The notes below the pieces were generated by a model, which saw only the letters and a list, made by a program, of their open reading frames with translations, made no database searches and was not told where the DNA came from. Made by a program: the position numbers and the translations under genes. This document shows, piece after piece, positions 1-11,894 of a stretch of 64,000 bases of DNA (the first letter of the stretch is position 1; every line of letters starts with the position of its first letter). Origin of the DNA: Camelus dromedarius (lineage: Eukaryota); the NCBI RefSeq assembly GCF_036321535.1, contig NC_087436.1, positions 97,838,001 to 97,902,000 of the forward strand. The letters run 5' to 3'.

Positions 1-562
1 GTCATGAGAGGCATGTGGGTGGGCATATACTGAGCTAGCTTCCAGACACAGGAGTTGACTCCTTTAGCCTGACTCAATCAAGGGAGTAGGACAGCTATGT
101 GCCTTGCACAGACCGACTCAGTAAACAGCTGGTTCCCTGCACGGAGGCAGTTGTTGGCTGAGGCTCTGTTGTTAAACTAGAGTAAAACAAAGGAGAAGAA
201 AAAGGGAAGAGATACCAAAGAAAGTTTAAGTGGTGATTACTGACAGACTGAGTCAACACTCAAGGGTTCTCTTGAAAAAACTGTTCCAGGGCACTGCAGC
301 AAGCAGGCAGGGGAAAGGGAGTTGGGGAGTTGGAGGGAGGCTCCTTGGCCTTGCAGGAAGAGGTAAGAAAGAAAGGATGTATGTATGTACCCTGCTAACA
401 TGGATAATATGGCCCATGTTGGTGTATGTACTCCAATAACATGGATAAAATGGACCATGTTGGTGTACATATCCTGTTATGGATAAAATGGACTGTTTCT
501 CTCTGCACAGATCTTATCACAAGAAGCCAAAAGGGCCCCCACCTGTCCTTGCCACCACCACA
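1..562 (-). mobile_element. Old solo LTR, probably ERVL class (MER74/LTR53-like), running off the window start
   Basis: Reverse strand begins TGTGGTGGTGGCAAGGACAGGTGGGGGCCC, an LTR-like TG start. The block is GC-richer than its flank. Family assignment from memory only. Confidence 0.35.
386..493. repeat. 41-bp tandem repeat, ~2.6 copies
   Basis: TGTACCCTGCTAACATGGATAATATGGCCCATGTTGGTGTA (386-426), TGTACTCCAATAACATGGATAAAATGGACCATGTTGGTGTA (427-467), partial third copy 468-493. Confidence 0.85.
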
Positions 563-1830
563 AAGGGATAGTTTACAAATAAGCAAAGAACCTAAAATGT
601 ATCTAAGGAATTAAGTCTCCACACATGTGCACTCTGCACAATAAATTTTCAATCTCCTTGGGTCCTCCACAGCTAGGGCCTGAGCCCATACAGGGCTAAG
701 CATTTTTGTGTTTGTGTGAACAGATACACAATGTGCCTTCCTCCGCTTTGTGGAACACCCTCACTCTCCATCCAAGACCTTTCAACCTAGAGGCAACTCT
801 TCACATCTAACATAATTAAAATTTATGCAGCACTCGCAGCTCTGTACCCCTAACCCCACAGCAAGATACATCCCAAAATCTGTGCTGCAATCTCCAAACT
901 AGAATTATAGAATAGGTTCTGTGTGTTAGATGAGTCATGTGTATGTGATGGAATATTAAATAATTTTCACACATTGCAATTACTGTCATATACTATTCTA
1001 TCAACCATGACACACATATTGTAGTTCAATATTTTAATACTCACTGCACCTGTAATTGTGCAAATTGACTCTCATGAAGGCCTCATATTAATTACATTTT
1101 GTTTGGCCTGTGTTTGGGGCTCCTATTTATTTCAGTCTTAAATTAGTACTAAAGTGGTTGTTCAAAGCCATCCCTCTGCTGGTAGTTTGTCCCATTACAG
1201 TCACGCAATGTTGTAATTTAAGATGGTGCTACTGAAGATATTTGTTTTGCATTTCTTTGTTTTGCATTTACTTTGTCAGCAGAGTTTGACTTACGTACAA
1301 TAATTCTATACTTGCTAATTTTGTCTCAAATAATTGAGAACATATGTGCCTAAGAGGTGACTAGAATTAACTATTTTCATTAGAAACATTTTAATTTAAT
1401 TGATTTTTAAGACCCTTGTCTAGGAGGATATAGTAAGTTATTTTGTCCAATGGCTATTACAGAGATTCAGTTTCCATCTGAATTATGTTGATCAATTTTC
1501 ATAGTTTCTCCATATGAAGTTTTTTGTCATTGTTACCTGTATCATCACTTGTAATTGAATGCAAAAGGATCTGCTCTTCTGAGATATGTAAAAGTTGAAA
1601 TACTAACTATAGTTTGTGTTATGAGATGTGAGAAAAATAAACACACAAAGAATTTCAAAATATTAAATTTAATAGCTTAAATGAATTTGGTTATTAAGAG
1701 TAACTCAACACATAAATTTATAAGTTATATGTGTAAAAAGGCCAAACAAAATTATGGGTTTGCATAAAAGATAGGTTTTAAATATGATAGGTTTTAAAAG
1801 ATAGGTTTAAAAATAATTAGAAGTTGCTCA

Positions 1831-2198
1831 AGTAAGCCAGACAGAGAAAGACAAATACCATATATCACTTATATGTGGAATCTTAAAAAAAGATACAGAT
1901 AAGCTTATTAACAAAACAGAAAGAGACTCAGACACAGAAAACAAACTTATGGTTACCACAGGGGAAAGTGGGGGGAAGGATACATTAGGAATTTGGAATT
2001 AGCAGATACAAACTGCTACATACAAAATAGATAAAAAAACAAGGTCCTTATGTATAGCACAGGAAACTACATTTAAAAGCTTCTGATAGCCTGTAATTAA
2101 AAAGGGTATGAAAAATAATATGTAAGTGTAACTGAATCACTATGCTGTGCACCTGAAACTAACACAATATTGTAAATCAACTATAGTGCAATTAAAAA
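1831..2198 (+). mobile_element. 5'-truncated L1 3' end (cetartiodactyl type) with TSD
   Basis: AGTAAGCCAGACAGAGAAAGACAAATACC...ATTGTAAATCAACTATA plus A tail. TSD AAGTTGCTCA at 1821-1830 and 2199-2208. Confidence 0.9.
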
Positions 2199-2509
2199 AA
2201 GTTGCTCATAATTTGAAACGTGGTAAGTTTTCACTGTATGAAAACATTAAATACTATGTGTACATGTCTGTGTTCTAAGGTTAAATTGCTTTAACTCTGT
2301 GAACACAAATCATATTCTAAGATTTACTGATGGAAAACAAGTTGATCTTAGTAAGAGATACTTAAAAAAAAACAAACCCTTTGTTACCCAGTGAAAGAGA
2401 TGAAGCTGAGGAATTCATCAATGACAAGATGTCAAAGGGCCTTTCTAAGAATGTGAGGTTTTGATTGTATCTTGAGGAAAATACGGGGTCATTAACGGCT
2501 TTTAATTCT

Positions 2510-2818
2510 ATCATTCACATCTCCGCCAAATGTCACGTCCTCTGAGATGTCTTCCCTGACCACTGGATCCAAAATGAAATATCCTCTAATTCTTTCATGT
2601 TCTTTTATTTTCCTTCGTACCATTGGCATTACCCACCATTATTTTATTTACCTATATTTTAGATATTTGCTTAATGTCCAGCTTTCCCACTTTCCCTTTA
2701 GAATTTAAGCTCCATTTGAGCAATGACTTTATTTTCTTATTTTTGCTGTTACTGTTATTCACTGCTGTATTCCCAGAGCCTATGACAGTACCTGGAAATA
2801 AGTATTTTTGAATGAATA
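2510..2818 (+). mobile_element. L2 3' end fragment
   Basis: AAATGTCAC...TTCCCTGACCACT, TAAGCTCCAT..GAGCA, TTCACTGCTGTATTCCCAGAGCCTA, ending TTGAATGAAT. Confidence 0.75.
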
Positions 2819-3160
2819 TTGATATAACATAAATTGTATATAGCCAGTAATAGCTCATCTATCTGAAAAACACATGGGCAACTTCACCCACCGAGAAAGT
2901 AGGTAGAATCTGAAAGTAAGAGCACAGTAGTCACAAAGAAGCCTAAGAGACAGATACGTTATCTAATGTAAATGCTTTCTGAGTAATGATGATTTTTGTC
3001 CTTGTCATAGGAATTATTACATATAATTCTAATTTATTTAGTGATCAGGTTCCCAGCCCTACATTAAGTTAGAAAAATAGAATATTAGAGAAACAGGAAA
3101 GTGGTACACTGTGCACTGAGAGCAATCTTTTGAAACTCAAATATTAGATCACATCACTCC

Positions 3161-3507
3161 TATTCTGGATTGACTAGTGTTCCCCTAAACTTCTTGTCTT
3201 CCCAGAACTTGTGAATGTGATCTTATTTGAAAATAGGGTGTCTGCAGATGTAATCAAGTTAAGATGAGGTCATACTGGATTAGCTGGGCTGAAGACAATG
3301 GCAGAAACTGGAGCGATGCAGCCAAGGAATGCAAGCAACCACTAAAAGCTCGGAGGATGCAAGGAAAGACACCTCCCTGGAGTTTCCATAGGAAGTATGG
3401 CTTGATGTCATATTTCTAGCCTCTAGAGTTGTGAGAGGCTCTATTTCTGTCATTGTAAACCACCCAATTCAAGGTAATTTGTTATGCAGCCTTAGGAAAC
3501 TAATACA
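3161..3507 (+). mobile_element. MaLR solo LTR (MLT1B/C-like) inserted in an L2 relic
   Basis: GAATGTGATCTTATTTGAAAATAGGGT..GCAGATGTAATCAAGTTAAGATGAGGTCATACTGGATTAG, ending GGAAACTAATACA. Confidence 0.85.
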
Positions 3508-3735
3508 TTCCCTTGTTTAAAATCCTTCAGAGGCTTACAATTATACAAGCAACAGAAGTAAACAGTGTACATACATGTGATAAATACCCAACAAATGTTT
3601 GCTGAATGTGGAATAATCTCACAAAAGTAAAAAAGTTGGCTGGATATATTAAGGTTTCTCAAGTCAGCAGGAGAGCTCCAGGGGCTTTGTGAAGGAGATT
3701 CAAACTGCCCTCAATGTCTGTGCTTGTGAAATATA

Positions 3736-4290
3736 TGTTAGGATACTCATGACTCTGGTTACAGAGCACCCAGTTAAGGTGGGCTTAAATAAGGAAAGCC
3801 GTATTCTTTTCTATGAGATTTTTTCCCATGGAGTAAATTGCCAGGATTGTTTTAGTGGCTTAGGAGTATCAGATCTGTTAAAATTCTGTAAAATTCCACT
3901 GATTTTACCATCACTGTTGCAAGATAGATATCGTAATTCTAAGTATCTATGTCTTCATTCAAAAACGTCCAGAGGAGGTAGATTCTAGGCTTGTGTGTGT
4001 GCACATGTGTGTGAAGAGAAATATCCTATATCCACCCAGAACAAATTCTCACTCAGTTCTTTTTGGCTAGCATTTTATCACATGCCTACACCTTGACTAA
4101 TTTTAGGCAGTGAGAATGAGATTACTAGGTTTGGCTTGTACCCATCAAGATTCCCTCCATGGAGCTAGGCAGGAGGGCAGTCACTCCTGATGGATGGTTT
4201 CAGCTGTGTGATGGTGAACTGACTGGGTTTCTGTTGACAAGAATGATTTTGCATATGGCTTTTAAGCAGCAAACAATTGTGTCTACCACA
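3736..4290 (-). mobile_element. Old MaLR LTR (MLT1K-like)
   Basis: Starts GTTAGGATACTC...GGCTTAAATAAGG and ends GTGTCTACCACA. Heavily diverged. Confidence 0.5.
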
Positions 4291-5294
4291 AAGTCTAAAT
4301 GTGGAAGCCATAGGACCATGGCAAGACATGAGTGTCTTGATAATGTGTTTATCAACATCTTCTCAGTTTCTCCATATTTCTTATTATAATAATAAAACTC
4401 CTCCTAAAAAGTTAATCAACCTTCCTGACTTCTAGAATATGGAACTCTCTTCAGAATCCTTTTTGTATGATGATGAAAAGTTAAAAACATAGGATATAAT
4501 GCATTTATTTTTACATAAATAAGGCTGCTGGGTGGCTAGGGATTTTCCTCTTTATTCCCGAAAGATGGCCAACAAATAACAGATATTCATTTCAACAAAA
4601 ACACATTTTTCCTTTTCTCAAAGGCCTTTGATTACAATATTTACAGATTTTACCAAATGCCCAGGATTATGTCTTAGCTCTAACAGCAATGTTCTGTAAT
4701 TATTTTGATCTTATAATTACTAATAGGATTAGAGAGGTACTTAAATAAAATTTAAGTGATTGGGAAGTGGATTATAAATTCACTAAGTTAATAAACATTT
4801 ATTAAAATAAAAACATGTGCTTAAAACCATGCTGAAGCAATGTGCATATGTGGGTATAACAGCTCAGTGTGTGAACCACTGACCCGGTAGGATGGCAAGA
4901 TCTCTGCTTCCTAAAGTAGCCGAAGCAGGGGATATTGTAAAGGTGTTTCCCAAAGCCTTGGGACTCCTTGGAGTCCTCTACAATTGTCCTTGTAGCGTAA
5001 AAGAGGGGAATCAAAGTGGGGCTCTAGGGCCCTTCCACACTCCTCTTCCCCATGATCAGACTTATACATCAGAGTGGTACCTAAGAGTTAAGACAGAAGG
5101 AAAAATGGAAACAAAACAAAACAAAAAAAACGTTGACTGGAAGGAAGGAAAAGATTTTTTTTTTTTAAATCTGGGGACTACTGTCTCTTGATTTTTCTTT
5201 TTATGACAAATAGATAATTATTGGTTAGCCAGGAGATACACACATACATACATATATATGTATATATATATATTTTTTTTAATTTAGGGTGTTT

Positions 5295-5699
5295 TTTGTA
5301 ACTCAGATTTCCCTGTAATAGAGATCTGCATTCAGAAGGCTTATTGGGGAGTGCTCTTCAGAATCACACTAAAGAAGTGAGGGAATCAGTGTTGGGCAGA
5401 GGGAAAGGTTTAAAGTGCAATGCATTCATAACAAAGACCTCAGCAGATCCCTGAGGAAGCTCTGGAGCTGGAATGGTCTTCAGAAGTATTTATTGAGGCA
5501 AAGGGCTGGGCCTTTGTTCTCCTCTGTGTCCTTGAATACAGGCTGCTCTTGGGGAGCTGGTCCAACCTTAGATGAGGAGGTTCTTTAAGCTGAGAGAAAG
5601 CTTTGGCCAGCCACACTCCCGGTAGCCAGGGGAAAGAGTTCTTTTTTCCTAAAGTTGGAATCTGGGGGAGGGGGAGAGTGCATCTCAGCATTTACTACA
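5295..5699 (-). mobile_element. Old MaLR LTR (MLT1I/L-like)
   Basis: GAGATCTGCATTCAGAAGGCTTATTGGGGAGTGCTCT...GGAAGCTCTGGAGCTGGAATGG...CAGCATTTACTACA. Confidence 0.55.
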
Positions 5700-7946
5700 G
5701 GGGTTATTAGAGTTTCTTGATTACATGTGCAGAAATCAGATTACGCTACCTCCCTACTCTTCCCCCCTACACATAATTTCTTTGTGCTTCAGCCTAGGAG
5801 AGGTAGCTAGGAAACCCAAGGCTTAGATCTGAAATGTTCTGCAGTGGTCACTGCAGAGATATAGTGGGGGGAAAAAAAGGAATTTTCAGCTTTTGACTTT
5901 AAAATTGACATTGCGGAATATAGTCCTCAGACAAGGCTTTTTGCTTTTTATGAAAGACGACCCCTGGAATCCTTCAATGTGTATCACAGAGAAAAGGCAG
6001 ATTTCTCCCACTTGCCCAGACCAGAGGAAGATCCCATTGGCTTAGGATAAGAAGGAATGTCTAAAAGGGAATCAACAGATCAGAGACCGGGGTGCTGCTG
6101 CGGATATATATTCCACCTCCGTCACTGGCTGAGCACTGTGCAGCAGCACGGGGATGGAGAAAGATCCTTCTGATGGGTTGAGGTTCTCGAACAGAAAGAA
6201 GCTATGCACTACTTCCATTGTATGCCTACAGGAGGCACAAGCTTCTAAAAATCCTTTGTTTTCATGGCAAAGGAGACTGGATTTTGAGATTTGGTATGCC
6301 TAGGTTGATGGGTTAGAGGCAGCCTCATAGACTTGCTTATAACTCCCCAGTGTTTGCTGGGACACCAAACTTACATGGTTAAATCTGACACAAATGTAAT
6401 ACTAAGACCAGGCTAACAAAGAAAGAGCTTGAAGCTTTGACAAAGTGATACCATCAGTACATCAATCATAGATTGTTCGGTTGGGGACCACTCGGGAAAG
6501 ATCATATCTCAGAAGTGCCAGTGTGGAGGAATGACATGTTCAATGGAAGTTAAAATACATCTCAATGGAGAAATACATTGAACACGTCTGTATGCCTTCC
6601 CCAAAAGCCATGCTAGCACATTAGACACAATTTAGATGTAGGGGCTGGAGAACAGAAAGTATTGACTGATGGCAGAAAATACAGTGTAAACATAACTTAA
6701 TCACTGAATTGCTGAAATTTATTTTTTATAGCTTGTTTCCACTACTATGCAAAGTAAAATTGAAATAGGGATAAGGTTGAAATATTGAAAAATAAAGGCA
6801 GTTACATCTATTGCAAACTTGAGTAGATAGCTTGAAAATACCATAGGGGAAAATAAAACAAAAGCAAAAATTATAGTGCAAGAAGAAAATAGAGAAGAAA
6901 CAGGAACAATTATTACACTGAGAGATATAATCATTTCAGCCTAAAATTAGAGGTAATGAGGATTGAATATATTCTACCTGGTGACAAAGCATCCTTACCT
7001 CTGTGAGAAGGCATTTTCAAAGCCCCAGGGCCTGAGGAATATACCTGCTAAGGAAAGTTCCCCTACCCAAGCCGGAAAAAAAAAAAAAAAAGTTTTTGCC
7101 TTATCATTGTCAGGAATGTTTTTCAAAGACTTCGAACTTGACCACAGATATTACTGGGTGTTTTTTCAGTGACTGTTGGGTCAGTATAGGGTTCTGTACT
7201 TCCGGCTGTCTTTCTATTGATTATTCTATTTCACAACTCTTAGGTGTAGAAGTTAAGTGGTGAAAATACGATAGTAAGGTAAATGTAAATGCAAACAACT
7301 TTTGTTCACAGAAAAAAAGTTGATTTCTGTCCTGTGAAAAATACGAGCCCAAGTATTATATTTTATTGCCCTATGTATATTATATTAACTAGTTTTGGCT
7401 CTATTAGCAGATTTCAGCCTTCTTCATATATGTCTGTGTGTCCTTCATATTTTCTTTAAGTTAGTTTTAACATCTTAATGGTTTTCTCATGAATGAGTTA
7501 ACTTACATCATTGAAATACATTCACTTTGCACTTGTATGAATGTCATGGTTTTGTATTTTGAAAGCTATGTTTATCATTCCATGTTCATTTCAGTTGGAA
7601 AATCACTCAGATTCTTGAATTAAAATCTCGAATGATATATGTGGCACTAGAAGCCTAGTATGGATTTATACTTCAGTCATATGCTAGGCAAAACACTTGT
7701 TTTGGACTTCCACACATTTCTTAAATATATTTTCTTAAGGAACAAGCAGCATCTACAAACCTGCCTACCATAAGCTCACTAAGCAATTCTCTGAATGTTT
7801 TCAATAACCTAATTTCACAGACAAGCTACATGTACTAGACAGTTTACTTCAATTTCCCCCTTAGCCCTTAATGCAAAAAAGAATTTGGAACAGCTAATAT
7901 AATTTTACCAACATAGGCCTAAAACACCTATTAAATCACACGAATA

Positions 7947-8144
7947 TATGGTTGTCAGATAAAATACAGGAAACCCAGTTAAATTTGAAATTCAGATAAA
8001 CAACGCTTTTTTTTAGTGTAAGTAGGTCCCCATGCAATAACTGGGACACATACTTATTTACCTATACTAAAATAGTATTTATTTTTAAGTAATACTCTAA
8101 TGTAAATGGTATATTGTGTTTATTTGCTAAACCTGGTAACCCTA
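7947..8144. mobile_element. hAT MITE (MER53-like), palindromic
   Basis: Termini TATGGTTGTCAG...CTGGTAACCCTA; internal CCCAGTTAAATTTGAAATTCAGATAAACAAC and central GTCCC...GGGAC. Confidence 0.8.
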
Positions 8145-8371
8145 CACAGGTAAGGAGTAATACATGCTGAAAGGAGTGCCTTGAAGTTTTAAGTCAAACA
8201 GCAAAATGTAGAGAAACATGAACACTTTACTTTATAACTGAATTATCACCTGAACCACGTCTATCACTACGGAAACACTGTATCTGAGTATTGAACTGTG
8301 CTAGCCTGCACTTGGAAGCCTGAGCTAGCCAAGGTGCCTCTGCTGAATATACCTCCAGCAGTCCCTAGTTA

Positions 8372-8597
8372 TCTACGAGTCTCAGTGGGGCTACAACAGA
8401 ACACTGAAAACTGGCTTATAAACAACACAAATGAATTTCTTACGGTTTTGGAGGCTGAAAGTCTAAGATTAGCGTGTCAGCATGGTCAGTTCCGGTGAGA
8501 GCCTTCTTCCACGCTGCAGACTGCCAACTTCTCCACAATACCCCTCATGGTGGAAAGAGAACAAGAGCGCTCACTGGGGCCTGTTTCACAAGGGCGC
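8372..8597 (-). mobile_element. MLT1A-type MaLR LTR, left part (split by the ERV-S provirus)
   Basis: GGCTTATAAACAAC...GGAGGCTGAAAGTCTAAGAT...TGCAGACTGCCAACTTCT...AAGGGC; the sequence resumes after 12244. Confidence 0.85.
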
Positions 8598-8951
8598 TGT
8601 CCGCAGCCATAAGTGAGTAGGCCTGGGGCCCAGGCCGAAGTTCACAATAGCTTGCACCTGATGAGAGGTAAATGTACGCACGCGCAAGTAGCATGACTAC
8701 GCATTATGAACACCACGCATGCGCCAGTAGTGTGAGTCAGCATTATGAACACTACGCATGCGCCACTAGCATTCTAAAAGGACAAGTGCATGCACCTGAG
8801 GGCCGCCCGCCGCACGCACCACTCGCTTGTACTGCAGTAAAGTGCTGTTTTGTTCCACGTCGGCTCCTCGAGCATTATGTTGACTCCTAGCGCCTTTTCC
8901 AGTTGGGCAGCTCACCTCCTCTAACCCCTCTCCAGCCTCCCTCAGCGGACA
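8598..8951 (+). repeat. 5' LTR of the ERV-S provirus (354 bp)
   Basis: TGTCCGC...GCGGACA 7-bp terminal inverted repeat. Direct repeat of 11895-12244. AGTAAA poly(A)-signal variant at 8836-8841. Confidence 0.95.
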
Positions 8952-8953
8952 CT

Positions 8954-8971
8954 TGGCACAGCCGGCAGGAT
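8954..8971 (+). promoter_or_regulatory. Primer binding site, tRNA-Ser
   Basis: TGGCACAGCCGGCAGGAT, 2 nt after the LTR. 15/18 match to TGGCGTAGTCGGCAGGAT, the complement of the tRNA-Ser 3' end. Followed by a candidate splice donor GTGAGT at 8975-8980. Confidence 0.88.
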
Positions 8972-9019
8972 GAAGTGAGTGCCCCTTCTGTTCCCCCTTC
9001 TTCTGACGGGGAAGCTCGG

Positions 9020-9330
9020 ATAAATTACGGATACAAGTGGAGCAGTTGCAGCACAAGGAAGAGGAATTTGAGCAGAGACTCAGTATAACAGTAAGGATGC
9101 CTGCATGGGTCCAGTTCCACCACCTATTGAGAGTAGTAAGCCCAGTCCCCCTGGTCTGCTGAGTGTACGACCCGTGGTGCAGCAGCTGGTGAAACTGGGG
9201 GTCCTGATGGCCCTATGGAAGAAATCACGGCCTGAGCAACAATATACCCCATTGCCAACCTCCCTACAGGCACGAGAAATGGCCCTACTGACTTCCTCCC
9301 GGACGAGGGGGAAGGCCAAGGCGTCCAGGA
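9020..9330 (+). pseudogene. gag: gag remnants (coiled-coil segment and C-terminal segment; capsid apparently deleted)
   Basis: Lies between PBS and protease. LRIQVEQLQHKEEEFEQRL, SVRPVVQQ and VLMALWKKSRPEQQY resemble recalled HERV-S gag segments that are normally far apart. Confidence 0.6.
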
Positions 9331-9349
9331 CGTGGGGAACCCAGGTAAC

Positions 9350-9680
9350 TGGAGGCCACACGTTGGACTGACTATCCACTGGTCCCCCACGAACAAACAG
9401 CGGGTATTAGCATCAATAGATACAGGAGCTGAAATTACATTACTGCATGGAAATCCAGATGGCTTTCGGGGAACATGAGTTGATATAGAGGGATATGGAA
9501 GCAAGCAAATGCGAGTTAAACAAGTGACTCTGACTTTGGGTATTGGCCGCTTTTGTCCCCTGCTGCATGTGAAGTACATATATCCCCAGTAGTGAGTATA
9601 TCCTAGGGATAGACATTTCGCAAGGATTGCAAATACAGGCGACTCAAGGGGAATTTCACCCGAGAGTTCGCGTAGTGAAA
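9350..9680 (+). pseudogene. pro: Retroviral aspartic protease, disrupted
   Basis: IHWSPTNKQRVLASIDTGAEITLLHGNP with DTGA at 9419-9430, in-frame TGA at 9476-9478, frameshift, then EYILGIDI. Confidence 0.9.
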
Positions 9681-11183
9681 ACAGTCATACGGGGTCACCC
9701 TCATCATGCACCTCTGATTCTGCCACAGGCTGCTCGAGTGGTGAATATTCAGCAATATTGGTTGCCTGGAGGCCACAATGAGATAGTATGGATTATTTTA
9801 AAGCTTGAGGAAGCCGGTATTATTCGGGCAACGCATAGCCCATAAAACTCTCAAGTGTGGCCAGTGCAGAAGCCAGACGGCTCCTGGAGGATGACAGTGG
9901 ACTATCAAGAACTGAACAAAGTCACCCCACCATGCATGCGGCTGTGCTGAATATAACAGATTTAATGGACCAGCTGTCCCATGAACTGGGTACTTGTCAC
10001 TATGTGGTTGGCCTGGCTAATGCATTCTTCTCTATAGATAAAGCCACTGAGAGCCAAGAACAGTTTGCCTTCACCTGGGAAGGCAGACAGTGGACATTTG
10101 TTGTGTTGCTGCAGGGATAGCTGCACAGCCCCGCTCTGTGCCATGGCCTGGTCGCCCAGGACCTGGCTACATGGAGCAAACCAGATACTGTTCGTTTGTT
10201 CCATTATATAGATGACATAATGTTAACCTCTGATTCTCTTTCAGATTTGGAAGCCAGTGCCACAGCACTGCGAGAAGTCCTGGCGGGCTGGGGGTGGGCT
10301 GTGAATGAGGACAAAGTGCGAGGACCTGGATATTCTGTCAAATCCTTTGGTGTTGTCTGGTTGGGTAAGATGAAGTGCTGCCTGCGGTGGTAATAGACAA
10401 GATCCAGGCAGATTCCCGCCCCAAGATGGTTAAACAGTTACAGACTTACTTAGGTCTTCTAGGATACTGGCGGGCGTTTATTCCTCACTTGGCCCAAATA
10501 GCTAAACCCCTTTATAAATTGATTACGAAGGGAGAAGTCTGGGATTGGACAGATGAGGCCAAACGTGCATTTGTAGAAACTAAGAGGGCGGTAGCACAAG
10601 CACTGTGCACTATAGATCCAGCCTCCCTTTCTGGTTAACAGTCCGTGTGGACGATGATGGATATGGTTCGGGCTTATGGCAAAAACATGGGCAATGAAAG
10701 GTGCCTATAGGGTTCTGGTCTCAGTTGTGGAAAGGGGCTGAGTATCATTATTCTTTAATTGAGAAACAATTGTTAGCAGTGTATGCATCCTTGATAGCCA
10801 CTGAACCCCTGACAGGGAAGCAAGAGGTCCAGGTACAGACCACATACCCCATTGCAAGACAGATACACACGTGGGCAAGGCAACCCCGATACGGGACTGC
10901 ACAGATCCCAACTCTTATGAAGTGGGGTGCTTATTTAGAACAGAGGGCCTAGTACACCACCAGCCTCTTGGCTGCAGAATTGCAGCAGGTGTTAGGGTCT
11001 GTGGAGTTTGTTGCGCCTGTTGTACAGACACTCCCATATCGGGGGGTGGACTCCGCACCTAGTCCCTTTCACAAAGGGGAAAACCCACCCCTGGGGAACT
11101 GCTTGGTATACAGATTATTCTTGCAAGGGCGGTCTGCTCAATTAGGTTGCAGTAGCACTGTCACTGAAGCCTTCTGGTATGAG
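9681..11183 (+). pseudogene. pol: pol: reverse transcriptase, connection region and first part of RNase H; integrase absent
   Basis: [51 protein letters not shown] (YIDD 10205-10216), LGLLGYWR, PIGFWSQLW, WYTD at 11104-11115. Several stops and frameshifts. Confidence 0.93.
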
Positions 11184-11848
11184 CCCACTAGAGAAGTTAT
11201 TGCAGGGGAACCTGCTCCATGGCAGTACTTAGAAGGCAGGGGAACCTTCTCTATGGCAGTACTTGTTCATATAAAATTGACAAGTTTAAGCCCCATCTGT
11301 ATTGAGCAGCGGTTTGAATGCGAGGCCCCAAACTGCACAGTGGGGTCGCTCCCCAAAGGACTATGTGCCAACCTCACTCACAATGTAAATGCCTCCACTT
11401 GGTGGGATGGACGGTGTCTGACTGGCACGAAACCCACCGATTTCCTGCTGCCAGGGTATCTACGGGTATGTGGCACCCACGGATGGTCATATCTCCCGGC
11501 TGAGTGGAGAGGGTGCTGTACTTGGGGTAAAGCTTACTTGCCTGGGAACATCGGCCCACTTTAACAGAGCGCCCCATGAACTGGGATCTGCAGCACACCC
11601 AGTGGCACTGTGAAAAGCATGCAGCTTGGTGGTTTTATTTCATGGCCCTGTTCCTGCCTGGTGCCGGGCCCATCAGTGTAGAGTTGCAGATAGAAGCTTT
11701 AGCTCAGCACATATCAGCATTAAATGTTACTAAGAAAGCCACAGAGGAATTATTAGATGAGGCCACCCAAGTATGGAAGGTGGTCTTACAAAACAGGATG
11801 GCATTAGATATTCTCACTGCAAACCAAGGCGGCACATGTGCTATTTTC
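11184..11848 (+). pseudogene. env: env fragment: SU C-terminus and TM ectodomain with immunosuppressive domain
   Basis: VCGTHGWSYLPAEWRGCCTWG, fusion-peptide-like AAWWFYFMALFLPGAG, heptad region, LQNRMALDILTANQGGTC (11786-11839). Frameshift near 11560. Truncated before the CC of CX6CC. Confidence 0.9.
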
Positions 11849-11886
11849 ACAGGGCTCCGCAATATGGGCCAGGGTCCCCATGACCT

Positions 11887-11894
11887 AGGGGGAG
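11887..11894 (+). promoter_or_regulatory. Polypurine tract
   Basis: AGGGGGAG directly abutting the TG of the 3' LTR. Confidence 0.75.

Noticed and set aside
6092..6149. Hairpin GTGCTGCTGC...GCAGCAGCAC (possible pre-miRNA)
   Set aside because: Only 10-11 bp of low-complexity CAG-type stem with a 38-nt poorly paired loop, probably within an old LTR relic.
5700..7240. Possible additional ancient LTRs
   Set aside because: LTR-like composition, but I could not define termini or family with enough support to list them.
8676..8763. CRISPR-like regularly spaced repeats
   Set aside because: The spacers are themselves homologous, the repeats lie within LTRs, and the DNA is mammalian.
8672..8890. His/Ala/Cys-repetitive ORFs in both LTRs (also 11970-12206)
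   Set aside because: They are translations of the 39-bp LTR repeats; no coding evidence.
10968..11564. 198-aa ORF, the longest in the window
   Set aside because: It starts at TTG and runs through pol sequence, partly off-frame (WYTD is in another frame), across the deletion into env SU. It is a by-product of the deletion, not a coherent gene.
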